From the NCBI GenBank assembly GCA_027317865.1, contig DAHVQG010000001.1, positions 64,001 to 128,000 on the forward strand: 64,000 bases of DNA, in the 5' to 3' direction. Shown piece by piece: positions 41,261-51,032 of the stretch. Origin of the DNA: Bdellovibrionales bacterium (GTDB lineage Bacteria > Bdellovibrionota > Bdellovibrionia > Bdellovibrionales > UBA1609). Position numbers and translations under genes: made by a program. The notes below the pieces were generated by a model. The model saw nothing but the letters and a program-made list of their open reading frames with translations, did no database searches and was not told the origin of the DNA. Positions within the stretch are counted from its first letter, which is position 1; the number at the start of each line of letters is the position of its first letter.

Positions 41261-42364
41261 CTAAGCTCGCTCCACCCGAAACGAGGCGTGCACGCGATTG
41301 CGCGCCGTATGAATTTGCAGTTGCGAACCATGACGTTTTAAAAGCGCTTGCGCAAGACTTAACCCCAGCCCCAAACCTTGCGAGTGTTTCAAGATATCTT
41401 CGTCAAGCGCAAACGGTTGCATAATTTTCTGAATTACTTTTTCTGACAACGGTTTGCCCGCGTTTGAAACGGTAATTTCGATATTTTCGTCGTCGGTGGG
41501 TTCAGTTGCGATTTCGATTTCGCTGTTTTCATCACCGAATTTAACCGCGTTATCGAGAAGCCGTTCGAGCGCTTGATTTACGATCTGGGCGTCGGCTTTG
41601 ATTGTAAAATCGTGTTTCGGCAAAGCGATTTTTTGTTTTTTTGCCGTGGCCGCGTCTGAAAACCTCAACGCCAACTCTTTAATCAATTCTTGCGTCGACG
41701 TTTTTTTCTTTGTGATTTTCATGATGCCGGTTTCGGCAGAAACAAACGCGAGAACGTCATTCACAATACGGTGAAGTTTTGTTGTCCCTTGCTCGATGCG
41801 GTTCACATATTTTTTTTGCTCCGCCGTTAATTCGTCTTCACGCAACAATTCCAAAAAACTAATCATTGAAGTCAGCGGTGTTTTGAGTTCGTGATTAACT
41901 AAGATCATAAAATGATTTTTAGCTTCGTCGAGCGTTTTGAGTTCGGCGAGAGCCTTTTCGAGAGCCGCATTTTTTACTTTGAGCTCGGCGCTCAACTCGT
42001 AGCGTTCGATCGCTTTATCGACGGTGTTTGAAAGGTCAACGGGATCCCAAGGCTTTGTGATGTAACGATAAACTTCGCCCGAATTTATCGCGTCAATGAC
42101 AGAGTCAATATCCGTGTAACCGGTTAGCAAAATTCGAATCGCGTCGGGGCAGTACTCAATGGAGTCTTTCAAAAACTCGACGCCGGTTTTCTTCGGCATA
42201 CGCTGATCGCAAATGATCAGTGAGACAGGATTTTTTTTGACTAGAGCTAGACCTTCGGCGGCCGAGGTCGCCTTTAGTACAGAGTATTTTTTGCGAAAAA
42301 GACGCTCCAGCGCCTCGACGCTATCAATTTCATCATCCACGCAAAGAATTGTGTGTTTCATCAT
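41261..42364 (-). CDS. Cytoplasmic hybrid receiver-histidine kinase
   Basis: REC domain (CVDDE, CDQRMP, KPW), NHELKTPL, DNAVKF, GLGLGL. Confidence 0.92.
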   Translation of the reverse strand: MMKHTILCVDDEIDSVEALERLFRKKYSVLKATSAAEGLALVKKNPVSLIICDQRMPKKTGVEFLKDSIEYCPDAIRILLTGYTDIDSVIDAINSGEVYRYITKPWDPVDLSNTVDKAIERYELSAELKVKNAALEKALAELKTLDEAKNHFMILVNHELKTPLTSMISFLELLREDELTAEQKKYVNRIEQGTTKLHRIVNDVLAFVSAETGIMKITKKKTSTQELIKELALRFSDAATAKKQKIALPKHDFTIKADAQIVNQALERLLDNAVKFGDENSEIEIATEPTDDENIEITVSNAGKPLSEKVIQKIMQPFALDEDILKHSQGLGLGLSLAQALLKRHGSQLQIHTARNRVHASFRVERA

Positions 42365-42413
42365 CGAATTCTCAGTATAGAATATTAGTGTGACTCGGGT
42401 TAGGGGAAAAGTC

Positions 42414-44389
42414 ATGAAACTATTGAGGAACATTCGTTTCGACGCCATTTCACTTGGTTTTGTTTTCTTTTTCTTCGCATTTGCTCCAGTCGCTCAAGCG
42501 CAGTTCTATGCGGGAGCCGGCGCGGGCGCGGGTGTTTACATGGGTGGTGGCGGCTACTTCGGGCAAAATTCATGTTCGACGCAAGTTCAATTGCCGCCCA
42601 GTCTTTATCGAAAAAATAACCGAATGAAACGGGATCAAAGGGCGATTACGGGTATTCAACGAGAAATCGACCGCTTGAAATCTAAATTAGGCAAAGACAA
42701 GCAAAGGCTGCAAAACGACAAACGTTTACTTGCGAGTGGTTTCGGCATTCCGCAGATTATGACGTATGCGACGCGGTCATAAAATGGGCAGAAAATGGTG
42801 ATCGAGGTGGAAATATCGCCTGCCCCTCAAAGGGACAGCATCCTTGGAATAATTATTGTACGAACTGGAATTCAGGTGGCCGAGAAAGCCAAGCAATTGA
42901 AGCGTGGAAGAATTTAAACGCCAGTAATGGTTCCGATAATGTTCCTGATCCGCAGGTAACTTGTGGCAATCAGGGTCTCGTTCAGCAACGCAACTGGCAA
43001 TACATAAATCAATCAAACGACGTATCGAGTAGCGATAAATACAGCCGGTATCTCAATGGTGGCGGCGCGGTCAACGGCGGAACCTGCAACAGTGTACTTG
43101 GATCGTTTAGAAAAGATTTTAATAATTATAATTATGAAAATTCGAAGATGGTAAAATTGAAGCAAGAGCTCGCTGGCGCCAAAGCGGCTTACCGTCGACA
43201 TAGACGACAACGCAACGACGCCGTTGACGCCTACGTTCAAAGTCTGCAAGACGGAAGTACCTCCGGGCAAATTTGCTATCATTGTTTGTTTTCAAATGGC
43301 GGCGGCCAAAGCGAATCGACGTTCGATAAAATTCGTAGCATCGCGATGCCTTTGGTTGGCATGGGCGCAATGTATGCGATGGTCCATTATGGTGTTCAAG
43401 AAAATGCAAAACTGGGTTACCCAACAAATCCGTGGATGCTCTATGGCATGGCGTACCCGTTTGTAATGAATTCTATTTATGGTGCCCAAAGCTCGGGTGG
43501 TTGCAGTGGCGCTGGACCCGGTGGAGCATTTGGTTACCCCGCTGGATATTACAGTCCTTATGAAGGCGGAATGTTCGGCGGTCCCTATGGGATGATGGGC
43601 CCATACGGAATGCCCGGCATGATGGGCCCTGGAATGGGTATGGGTATGGGCATGGGCATGGGAATGATGAGCCCTTATGGCATGGGAATGATGAGCCCAT
43701 ACGGTATGGGAATGAGTCCATACGGCATGATGGGGCCAGGTGGAATGATGAGTCCGTACGGTATGGGGATGATGAGCCCATATGGAATGATGGGACCCGG
43801 TATGATGGGCCCTGGAATGGGAATGGGTTTGGGCCTCGGCATGGGAATGATGAGCCCGTACGGCATGGGGATGAGTCCATACGGTATGATGGGACCAGGT
43901 GGAATGATGAGTCCGTACGGTATGGGGATGAGCCCCTTCGGTATCATGGGACCCGGCGGTTTGCCAGGTATGGGGATGAGCCCGTACGGTATGATGCCTG
44001 GTGGGATGCCGGGCATGGGCATGATCAATCCGATGGCGCTACAGTATCAACAGCAAATGTTGGCGTATCAAATGCAACAAATGCAAGATTATCAAAATCG
44101 AGAAATGCTAGTCGGGCAACTCAGTCAACAACTCTACCAACTTGAAATGCAAATCGAAGAGGTCTCGATGGGCGGTGGTGTTGGCGGTCTAAGCGGAGTT
44201 GGTGGACCTGGTTTTGGCGTCGGCGTCGGCGTTGGGGTAGGACTTGGCGGTGGCTTTAATACGTTCGGAGCCCCGGGCACATTTGGCCCTGGGCCTGTTC
44301 CGACCGGTTACACTTGTACGCCTGGAACGCCGGGGTGTACCTCGACGCCTGGAGGCTATACCGGCCCTGCGCGTGGCGCCCCATACTGA
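42414..44389 (+). CDS. Secreted protein with Gly/Met/Pro/Tyr repeats, split by a one-base frameshift near 42740 (pseudogene or assembly error)
   Basis: First frame has a signal peptide and coiled coil and stops at 42782. The 43148 frame is open without stops from 42686, so one added base joins them into about 658 aa. Confidence 0.75.
43590..44030 (+). repeat. Imperfect coding tandem repeats (GMGMMSPY / GMMGPG)
   Basis: Repeated ATGAGCCC(N)TA(Y)GG(N)ATG-like units. Confidence 0.85.
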
Positions 44390-44430
44390 TTCTTTACTCG
44401 TCGTACGCGCAGGTTTAGAACTGCGCGTGA

Positions 44431-45795
44431 ATGGACGAAAAAAATTTAGAACTCAATTCAAAATTTTCGGGCACTTTGACGAACTGTTATGACAGTCACG
44501 TGCATTGGCAAGCCACGGGAACCTACCATCGCCGTTTGCCGCAGTATACGCATCAAGGCGAGTGGATCACGGGTTTTGGTTGGGATCAGCCGACTGTAAA
44601 TGAAATATCGTCACGCGAAGTTGGTGCAACTCCACCCGACAAGACACCGCACGAAATTCTCGATCGTGAGTTTGGCGACCACCCCGTTTTTTTTGTTCGT
44701 ATTGATGGTCATGCAGCATGGGTGAATCAAGCGGCACTCGCACGTGCGGGGCTTTGGCAGAAAAATCCCGTTGCACCATTAGGCGGTGAGATTCAACTCA
44801 AATCGGATGGGTACCCGACTGGAATCCTTCTTGATCAGGCCATGCAAATCGTTCAACGTTTGCTACCGCCGCGTACTGAGTCGCAAATTCGCGATGACCT
44901 TTTGCTTGCGCAGGAGATTTTTCACAAATCTGGATTTACGCACATTCGGGACTTAAGCGGCGACGAAGTTCAATGGCAGGTTATCAATGGTCTTCTTCGT
45001 GAAAACAAAATTAAACTTGCTGTTGAACAGTTTTTTGAAGCCGAAGATCCCAATTTGTTTGACCGCCAACTTGATTTAGCGACTCGCCTGCAGCGCGATT
45101 TTGCCGATTTCGCTGATTCGCGTACTCAGCTTGTTCGCCCTCGCGGAGTCAAAATTTATCTGGACGGGGCGCTCGGTTCTGAGGGGGCGCTATTGAGTTG
45201 CGACTATTGCAACGGCCGGCCGGGCGCGCGTGGTTTGCAAATGCTAAACGAATCAACGCTTCGTGATTTCATATCGCGCGCGTGGAGCGCACGTTTGCCA
45301 ATTGCGGTTCACGCAATAGGCGATGCGGCCAACCATCTTCTTGCCCAAACCGCATTTGCCATTGAATCGAGCGGGTTAAAGGGCGAGCTAAATATCGAGC
45401 ACGCCGAACTTCTGCGATACGATACGATTTTGCTACTTTCAAAATTGTCGAATGTTAAATGTTATATGCAACCCTGTCAGTGGCTCACTGACAAAAAGTG
45501 GTTAGAGACAAAAATCGGGCCACTTGTTCAGCGTGTTTTTCGATGGCGCGAACTTGAAGAGCACAATATCCCCATTTGGTTTGGTAGCGATACGCCAATC
45601 GAAGAGCCATCGTTTATTGCAAATCTTGCCGCAATAGAAGATGGCGCACGAAACGGTGATATTCCGCGTCCGAAACGGAATGTGTCGTTTTACCAAATGC
45701 ATCCCGATTCCGGTTGGGTTCGAAATACATCAACCGTTTTTACTAACGGCCATGTGAGCGCAGTTCATTTTTGCGGGCATGAAATTTTACTTTAA
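44431..45795 (+). CDS. Amidohydrolase 3 (YtcJ-like) metal-dependent hydrolase
   Basis: DSHVH, DGHAAWVN, KIYLDGALGS, HAIGDAA, IEHAE, FGSDTP. Confidence 0.9.
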   Translation: MDEKNLELNSKFSGTLTNCYDSHVHWQATGTYHRRLPQYTHQGEWITGFGWDQPTVNEISSREVGATPPDKTPHEILDREFGDHPVFFVRIDGHAAWVNQAALARAGLWQKNPVAPLGGEIQLKSDGYPTGILLDQAMQIVQRLLPPRTESQIRDDLLLAQEIFHKSGFTHIRDLSGDEVQWQVINGLLRENKIKLAVEQFFEAEDPNLFDRQLDLATRLQRDFADFADSRTQLVRPRGVKIYLDGALGSEGALLSCDYCNGRPGARGLQMLNESTLRDFISRAWSARLPIAVHAIGDAANHLLAQTAFAIESSGLKGELNIEHAELLRYDTILLLSKLSNVKCYMQPCQWLTDKKWLETKIGPLVQRVFRWRELEEHNIPIWFGSDTPIEEPSFIANLAAIEDGARNGDIPRPKRNVSFYQMHPDSGWVRNTSTVFTNGHVSAVHFCGHEILL

Positions 45796-46859
45796 AATCC
45801 ACTGGTGTGAGTTGTCGTCGGGGGTCCACTGTTAGCAATTGAGGTTTGATATCGTGAGTAAACAATTGCTCCTGCGACGGCGCCGGCGGCGATCCAAAAC
45901 CATCCGCGCTTGTAAAATGGTACCGAATTCGATGATAGCTTTGGAATTTCTGAAGTAATAGACGGTGCTCCCCAATTTGAAGCGAGACTGGAGCTCGGCG
46001 AATCAGTTAGTGCGACTTTTGCCTTCGGTGAACCTAAGGGATAAATTGGATAAGTTTGCCCTCGCACAGCAACACAGGAATCAGCAAACAGTGCAGCAAG
46101 TTTTACGTGGCTTGAAGTCGGATACGAAGACCAGAGCGGTGATTTACAGGTGCCCGATACCCACGGAACTCGCTGCGGGCTAAAACGAAGTGCTACTCGC
46201 GCTGGTAGCACACGGGTTACCGGCCGATAGCGCGACGAAATAAAAGTCAACCGCACGGTTTGATCGGGTATATTTATGCTTGTTTTATCTGCTAGGCGAA
46301 TGGGTGTGCCATTGACAAACACCCATTGAAATCCGTGAAAATGTTTTGTGGGCAATCGCAATTTCGCGCTCTCGGCGCGAATTTGCTCAAATTGGGCAAC
46401 CAGCGGCGGGGGGAACAAATTATGATCGGGTTTGTATTGACCGTCGTAGTTCGCCGCCAATGAAAGCCACCTTTCAGTCTCGGTTGTGGAAATACTGGAT
46501 TGGGCGAGTCGCATGAAGCCAATACTGATCATTTTACGGTAGGGTTTGGGCCAATCGGCTTTGTAGGCAAATGATACGAGATCAAGCCAGGCTGCGTGCA
46601 TTTGTGGATCTTGCGCATGCAAATATCGAAGTTGGGCTCGTTCAAATTGCCGGCGCAAGCATTGAAGCGCGTGTGCGTCGACCGGGTGGTTTTGAAATCC
46701 TCTTGCAATCGCCATAGATGCCGGGTCGGTTGCTAAATAGGCATTGTATCGCCGCCTTGAAACGTTAGGTGAACGCACTAAATATCGAAGAGTGTCGCAC
46801 TGTCCGTAACTTGAATTCCATATTAGTAGCAGCGAAAAAAGCAAATTTAATCTTCTCAT
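45792..46859 (-). CDS. Secreted or membrane-anchored hypothetical protein in the flp operon
   Basis: Signal peptide; C-terminal PFYKRGWFWIAAGAVAGAI segment. Confidence 0.7.
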   Translation of the reverse strand: MRRLNLLFSLLLIWNSSYGQCDTLRYLVRSPNVSRRRYNAYLATDPASMAIARGFQNHPVDAHALQCLRRQFERAQLRYLHAQDPQMHAAWLDLVSFAYKADWPKPYRKMISIGFMRLAQSSISTTETERWLSLAANYDGQYKPDHNLFPPPLVAQFEQIRAESAKLRLPTKHFHGFQWVFVNGTPIRLADKTSINIPDQTVRLTFISSRYRPVTRVLPARVALRFSPQRVPWVSGTCKSPLWSSYPTSSHVKLAALFADSCVAVRGQTYPIYPLGSPKAKVALTDSPSSSLASNWGAPSITSEIPKLSSNSVPFYKRGWFWIAAGAVAGAIVYSRYQTSIANSGPPTTTHTSGF

Positions 46860-46873
46860 TTTTCAATCTCCCG

Positions 46874-47395
46874 TTAATTTTCGATTACAATTCGACTCGG
46901 CTTGGGCGCGACAGGAATTTTTTGTTCGGCGCGTGAAGGGTTCTGCACTACAACCAGAAAGGGTTTTGTCTCCGCAGAAATAATCGTCGAAGATTCAGTT
47001 TCCGGAACTAAAACCGAAAACTCGGACGGGTCTTTCGGGCTTCGTATAATTTTTAAACCCTTGGCAATCGCCACCGGGTTACCGGGTTGATACAAGTCGA
47101 CAACACCATATTGTCCAATTAATGAGTCCAACGATTCAAGATTTTGGACTTCAACCGGCAACAGTACGTCACCGTCCGGTATAAACGTGTCGATCCCCGC
47201 ATAGGGGGAGCTTGGTCTAGCTGCGGCGGTAATAGTGGCGGTTTTCCCGCGGGTATCGACGAGAATTGAAACAATGAGACAAATGCCGATTACCAGCGTT
47301 GGGAGAAACCAAGCACGGTCTTGATATGTGGTCCATAATTCGCCGATCTTCGTATCTTTTAACTTCTGGATCGTAGCGATAGCGCGCGCTGACAT
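46874..47395 (-). CDS. CpaB/RcpC-like Flp pilus assembly protein (divergent)
   Basis: TM then IPDGDVLLPVEV...LIGQYGVVDLY, resembling the RcpC C-terminal domain; start uncertain. Confidence 0.6.
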   Translation of the reverse strand: MSARAIATIQKLKDTKIGELWTTYQDRAWFLPTLVIGICLIVSILVDTRGKTATITAAARPSSPYAGIDTFIPDGDVLLPVEVQNLESLDSLIGQYGVVDLYQPGNPVAIAKGLKIIRSPKDPSEFSVLVPETESSTIISAETKPFLVVVQNPSRAEQKIPVAPKPSRIVIEN

Positions 47396-47501
47396 TAATG
47401 CCCTCCTTGCAGATGTAGATCGAAATCAAAATGAATAGCAAAAACATTGCCACTGTAATGAGCCCTTCAAAAATCACCTGACCTCTGCGGTGTTTGTTCA
47501 T
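47217..47501 (-). CDS. TadE-like pseudopilin
   Basis: RRG/QVIFEG prepilin motif plus hydrophobic helix; ATGA overlap with the upstream gene. Confidence 0.65.
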   Translation of the reverse strand: MNKHRRGQVIFEGLITVAMFLLFILISIYICKEGINVSARYRYDPEVKRYEDRRIMDHISRPCLVSPNAGNRHLSHCFNSRRYPRENRHYYRRS

Positions 47502-48259
47502 TGATGTGCCCACCAAAGCCGTGCGTAAAAATGACTGCCGCGTTGAGCAACTGTTGCCGCACAAGATTCTTTAACAATTCCGGAGATGGGATTGCCGGTA
47601 ACGGCCAAAAGAGACGAGATTATATTTCCGTTGAGGTGACCGCTTGTGGTGCCGTCAAGAAGCTGCGCCATCGTCATTTGATATTGCGCGCGTATGGCCT
47701 GCTTATTAGAAAAATTGGCAACGGGCTCATATTCAGGTGCAATTTGACCTCGGGGAGTTGCTACAACTTGCAAATTACGCTGTGCGATCAAAGGCGACAT
47801 TCCGCGAAGTGCGTATCGCCATTGATCGGCGTCAGATTCGATATGGGAATTAGCCGCCATAATGATCGCGCGCTGCTCGGCATTGAGCGCGAATTGTTCG
47901 GCGCTAACATTTCGAATCTGATTTTGAAGAGCGATCGCGATTGCTTCTTGCCCAGCAGAAATAGCGGCTGCGTATTGCGTTTTCAATCGGTTTAATTTTC
48001 TACGAAGAGATCGCGCGCGTGGATTCAACTGCAGAAGGGACTCAAGATGTTGCGTCAAATCGTTTTGTAATATCATCGCATGTCTTTCGCAAAGCGAGCG
48101 GCTACGTGAGTCGCCTTTTACAATCATTGCCATCGCCGCAAGACACGCCAGCACAATAAGCGCAACCGGCAAAAATATCATCAGTGCCATAAGTGCGAAT
48201 CCTTGATTTGTGATTCGCGAATTTTGAGATTGAACTTGAGAATTTGACTCTTCGGGCAT
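47498..48259 (-). CDS. TadG-like minor pilin
   Basis: NQG/FALMALMIFLPVALIVL prepilin-like N-terminus; start moved to ATG 48259. Confidence 0.65.
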   Translation of the reverse strand: MPEESNSQVQSQNSRITNQGFALMALMIFLPVALIVLACLAAMAMIVKGDSRSRSLCERHAMILQNDLTQHLESLLQLNPRARSLRRKLNRLKTQYAAAISAGQEAIAIALQNQIRNVSAEQFALNAEQRAIIMAANSHIESDADQWRYALRGMSPLIAQRNLQVVATPRGQIAPEYEPVANFSNKQAIRAQYQMTMAQLLDGTTSGHLNGNIISSLLAVTGNPISGIVKESCAATVAQRGSHFYARLWWAHQ

Positions 48260-48654
48260 GAGGTTTTCTCCATTGCATAGTAATTTAATTTCGTTGTCTG
48301 ACCGCGAAACATCATTGTTGCCGGCGAAGAATTGCACCAAATGGCGTTGAGTGTCGCGACACGGCCGAAGCGCAATGTCTGGACATTCGATTTATTTTGG
48401 ATAAAGTGCCCCCACCAGATCGGACGTACTTGTTTCAACATTTTTTGATTGCACTGACTTTTCTCGGCGTCTGAATCTTGCGCAAGTTCGCAGCGCAACC
48501 GGTCGTACAGTACGTTAGTCAGCCAAAGTCGTGCCGATATAAGTCCCAAAGTTGGAGTCGTAATCGCCGTCATGAGCGCCACAACTGCAAGTACCGCGCA
48601 TGCTTCGACGAGGCTTTGTCCACTCAAATTATTTAATTTGCCGGCATTTACCAT
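48181..48654 (-). CDS. TadE-like pseudopilin
   Basis: SG/QSLVEACAVLAVVALM. Confidence 0.7.
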   Translation of the reverse strand: MVNAGKLNNLSGQSLVEACAVLAVVALMTAITTPTLGLISARLWLTNVLYDRLRCELAQDSDAEKSQCNQKMLKQVRPIWWGHFIQNKSNVQTLRFGRVATLNAIWCNSSPATMMFRGQTTKLNYYAMEKTSCPKSQILKFNLKIRESQIKDSHLWH

Positions 48655-48667
48655 TAGCTTCTACTTT

Positions 48668-48919
48668 TTACTGATGACCGTTGGTTGCGTTTTTCATAAA
48701 GTCGCTCATATCGCGTTCTTGGTAGAGATCGCGCGAGACGCCGCTAACTTTGACGCTGGTAGGATTCCGGCCTTGAATCACATCTGTAATTTGGGCAAAT
48801 TTACCGGAAATTGTATCGCCCATGAGACGTACAACACCCATTGTGGCAACACCCAAAAGTGCCGTTAGCAGTAGATACTCCACAAGGCTCTGACCAGTTT
48901 TATTTTTAAGTCGCTTCAT
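48668..48919 (-). CDS. flp: Flp (type IVb/Tad) major pilin
   Basis: KTG/QSLVEYLLLTALLGVA with the EY motif; GGAGGG RBS. Confidence 0.9.
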   Translation of the reverse strand: MKRLKNKTGQSLVEYLLLTALLGVATMGVVRLMGDTISGKFAQITDVIQGRNPTSVKVSGVSRDLYQERDMSDFMKNATNGHQ

Positions 48920-48979
48920 AAAGTCACCCTCCATTTTGCCGTTTGTCCGCGATTCAAGCGGATTCAGGAGCGTGACGTT

Positions 48980-48995
48980 TGCAACTGTTATACCG
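48980..48995 (-). promoter_or_regulatory. Putative sigma54 promoter for the flp operon
   Basis: CGGTATAACAGTTGCA on the minus strand. Confidence 0.6.
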
Positions 48996-49113
48996 TCTTG
49001 GAATTCTGCGTTTTGCTAGGGGAGGGCAAAAAACACCGGGCAAAGTTTGTTCGAAAATGTCCGAGCTGTTCGAGAACTCGGACTAATGCGGATTTTCCGG
49101 TGCAGGAGCGATA

Positions 49114-50004
49114 CTAATGCTTTTTCTTATTTTTTGATTTTACCGCGCGTTTACCCTGAGATTTCGAATGCGATGCGCTTTTTGTTTTTGCTGCTTTCGA
49201 TTTAGCCAACGATTTCACTTTCTTCAATTTGGCCAATGCTTTCGCTTTCTGTAAAGCCTTCGCCTTTTCGGCTTTTGCTTTTTGCGCGGCTTTCTTGGCT
49301 TCGATTGCCGCTTTTTTCTTCGCGGCGAGTTTGGCTTTCATCTCGGCTTGTTTTCGCTTTTGCGCGGCCTTTTTGGCGATCATCAATTCTTTTTTCTTGC
49401 GAGCCAGCTCGCGGGTCTTTTCGGCTTTTGCCTTTTGCGCGGCCTTTTTGGCTTCGAGCATTGCCTTTTTCTTGGCAAGCATCGCGGCTTTTTTCTCTGC
49501 GAGAATTCTCTTTTGTTCCGCCTTTTTGGCCAGCATCTTTTCTCGCTTTATGTGCGCCAATTCTTTGGCCTTTGCTTTTGCGGCAGCGATTTTGGCCTTT
49601 TGTTTTTCGCGTTCAAGACGAGCGGCTTCACGGGCTTTTTTACGTTCTTCAGCGGCTTTGAGTTTAGCTTCGCGGGCGGCGGCTCGCGCTGCTTCGCGCG
49701 CTGCTTGACGAGCGGCTTTGGCTTCGGCTTTGGCCTGTGCTTTGGCTTCGGCTCGGGCACGGGCTTCAGCTTGGGCTTGAGCCTGAGCTGCGGCGATTTC
49801 GGCCGCTCGCTGCGCCTTTCGTCGTTGCATAATGCGCGTTAGAATCTCGTATGCTTCGCGTTGCAGACCATTGTCGAAGATAAAACTGTAAAATCCTTGT
49901 ATTTCAGGACTCTGGCGAAATTTTTTTGCGGTTGTCGGTAGACTTTCAGATGCTTTAAAATCAATCGAACTGCCATCTTTGGATAAATTTGGTTTGTTCG
50001 CCAT
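49114..50004 (-). CDS. Lys/Ala-rich, histone H1-like basic protein with a small N-terminal globular domain
   Basis: GAGGAG RBS; FRQSPEIQGFYSFIFDNGLQREA domain followed by a long AKK/KAA-rich tail; no TM. Confidence 0.8.
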   Translation of the reverse strand: MANKPNLSKDGSSIDFKASESLPTTAKKFRQSPEIQGFYSFIFDNGLQREAYEILTRIMQRRKAQRAAEIAAAQAQAQAEARARAEAKAQAKAEAKAARQAAREAARAAAREAKLKAAEERKKAREAARLEREKQKAKIAAAKAKAKELAHIKREKMLAKKAEQKRILAEKKAAMLAKKKAMLEAKKAAQKAKAEKTRELARKKKELMIAKKAAQKRKQAEMKAKLAAKKKAAIEAKKAAQKAKAEKAKALQKAKALAKLKKVKSLAKSKAAKTKSASHSKSQGKRAVKSKNKKKH

Positions 50005-50053
50005 GCAACTCCTCGAGAATTATGGGTAATTTGGGGACAAGCGTCGGCTCAAC

Positions 50054-50082
50054 AAACTAGAGGAGTGGTCTTGCCAAGTCAA
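50054..50082 (-). promoter_or_regulatory. Putative sigma70 promoter for 49114..50004
   Basis: TTGACT-17 bp-TAGTTT. Confidence 0.6.
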
Positions 50083-50135
50083 GAAATCCGGTCAAGATTT
50101 CCGGTCAAGGTACACGGTCAAGGTACACGGTCAAG
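50078..50135. repeat. 13-bp-period tandem repeat with GTCAAG core (5 copies)
   Basis: GTCAAG starts at 50078, 50091, 50104, 50117 and 50130. Confidence 0.9.
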
Positions 50136-50163
50136 GTGCGTTCATTATAAACCCGGAGGATGA

Positions 50164-51009
50164 ATGATCGAACTTTCTGGTAAAGCGGTGTCAGGTAAAA
50201 TTCGTAAACAACTCGCGCAAGATTCGGCCGAGTTTAAGCGTCAACAGGGCCGATCTCCGGGACTTGCCGTGGTTATTGTGGGGGATGATCCCGCCAGCCA
50301 TATTTATGTCAAAAACAAAATTAAGGCTTGTGACGAGGTCGGATTTCGCTCGTTTCATCACCATTTACCCGAAAATGTAAGCGAAGCGGACGTTCTCGCC
50401 TGCGTTCAGCGCCTGACTGAAAATAACGAAGTCGATGGAATGCTAGTGCAATTGCCGCTGCCCAAACATCTCTCACGTGAGAAAATTTTAAATGCGATTT
50501 CTCCGTTAAAAGACGCTGATGCGCTTACAATCGAAAATCAAGGTTTGCTTTTTGCCGGGCGGCCAAGGGTTAAACCTTGCACTCCTGCGGGAGTGATTGA
50601 AATACTCAAACACTACGATATACCGATTGCCGGCCAACACGCTGTTGTTGTGGGGCGAAGTGCGATCGTAGGTAAGCCGATGGCGCAGTTGTTACTTTTA
50701 GAAGATGCGACGGTGACGATGGCCCATTCAAAAACTAGAAATTTACGAGAATTTACAAGCCACGCCGATATTGTTGTAGTCGCCGCGGGTAAACCTAGAT
50801 TTTTAGGCGCTGACGATTTCAAAAAAAACTCGGTCATTATCGACGTTGGGATGCATCGCCTATTTGATGGTTTATGCGGAGATGTCCGATTTGAAGAACT
50901 TCGCGCGGTGGCTCGGGCGGTTACGCCTGTTCCCGGTGGAGTGGGCCCTATGACCATTACTATGCTGTTAAAAAATACGCTGGATCTTGCGAAATTGCGC
51001 GTGCAATAA
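50164..51009 (+). CDS. folD: Bifunctional methylene-THF dehydrogenase/cyclohydrolase
   Basis: YVKNK, QLPLP, PCTPAG, GRSAIVGKP, TPVPGGVGPMT. Confidence 0.97.
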   Translation: MIELSGKAVSGKIRKQLAQDSAEFKRQQGRSPGLAVVIVGDDPASHIYVKNKIKACDEVGFRSFHHHLPENVSEADVLACVQRLTENNEVDGMLVQLPLPKHLSREKILNAISPLKDADALTIENQGLLFAGRPRVKPCTPAGVIEILKHYDIPIAGQHAVVVGRSAIVGKPMAQLLLLEDATVTMAHSKTRNLREFTSHADIVVVAAGKPRFLGADDFKKNSVIIDVGMHRLFDGLCGDVRFEELRAVARAVTPVPGGVGPMTITMLLKNTLDLAKLRVQ

Positions 51010-51032
51010 AATTGTATATTTTCCCGATGACA

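Noticed and set aside
43473-44028. Antisense ORFs with PYGLII repeats, and the F/L-rich ORFs over 49229..49842
   Set aside because: Shadow frames of low-complexity coding repeats
50078-50135. Possible CRISPR array or iterons
   Set aside because: Period is only 13 bp with no unique spacers, and no cas or rep genes are nearby
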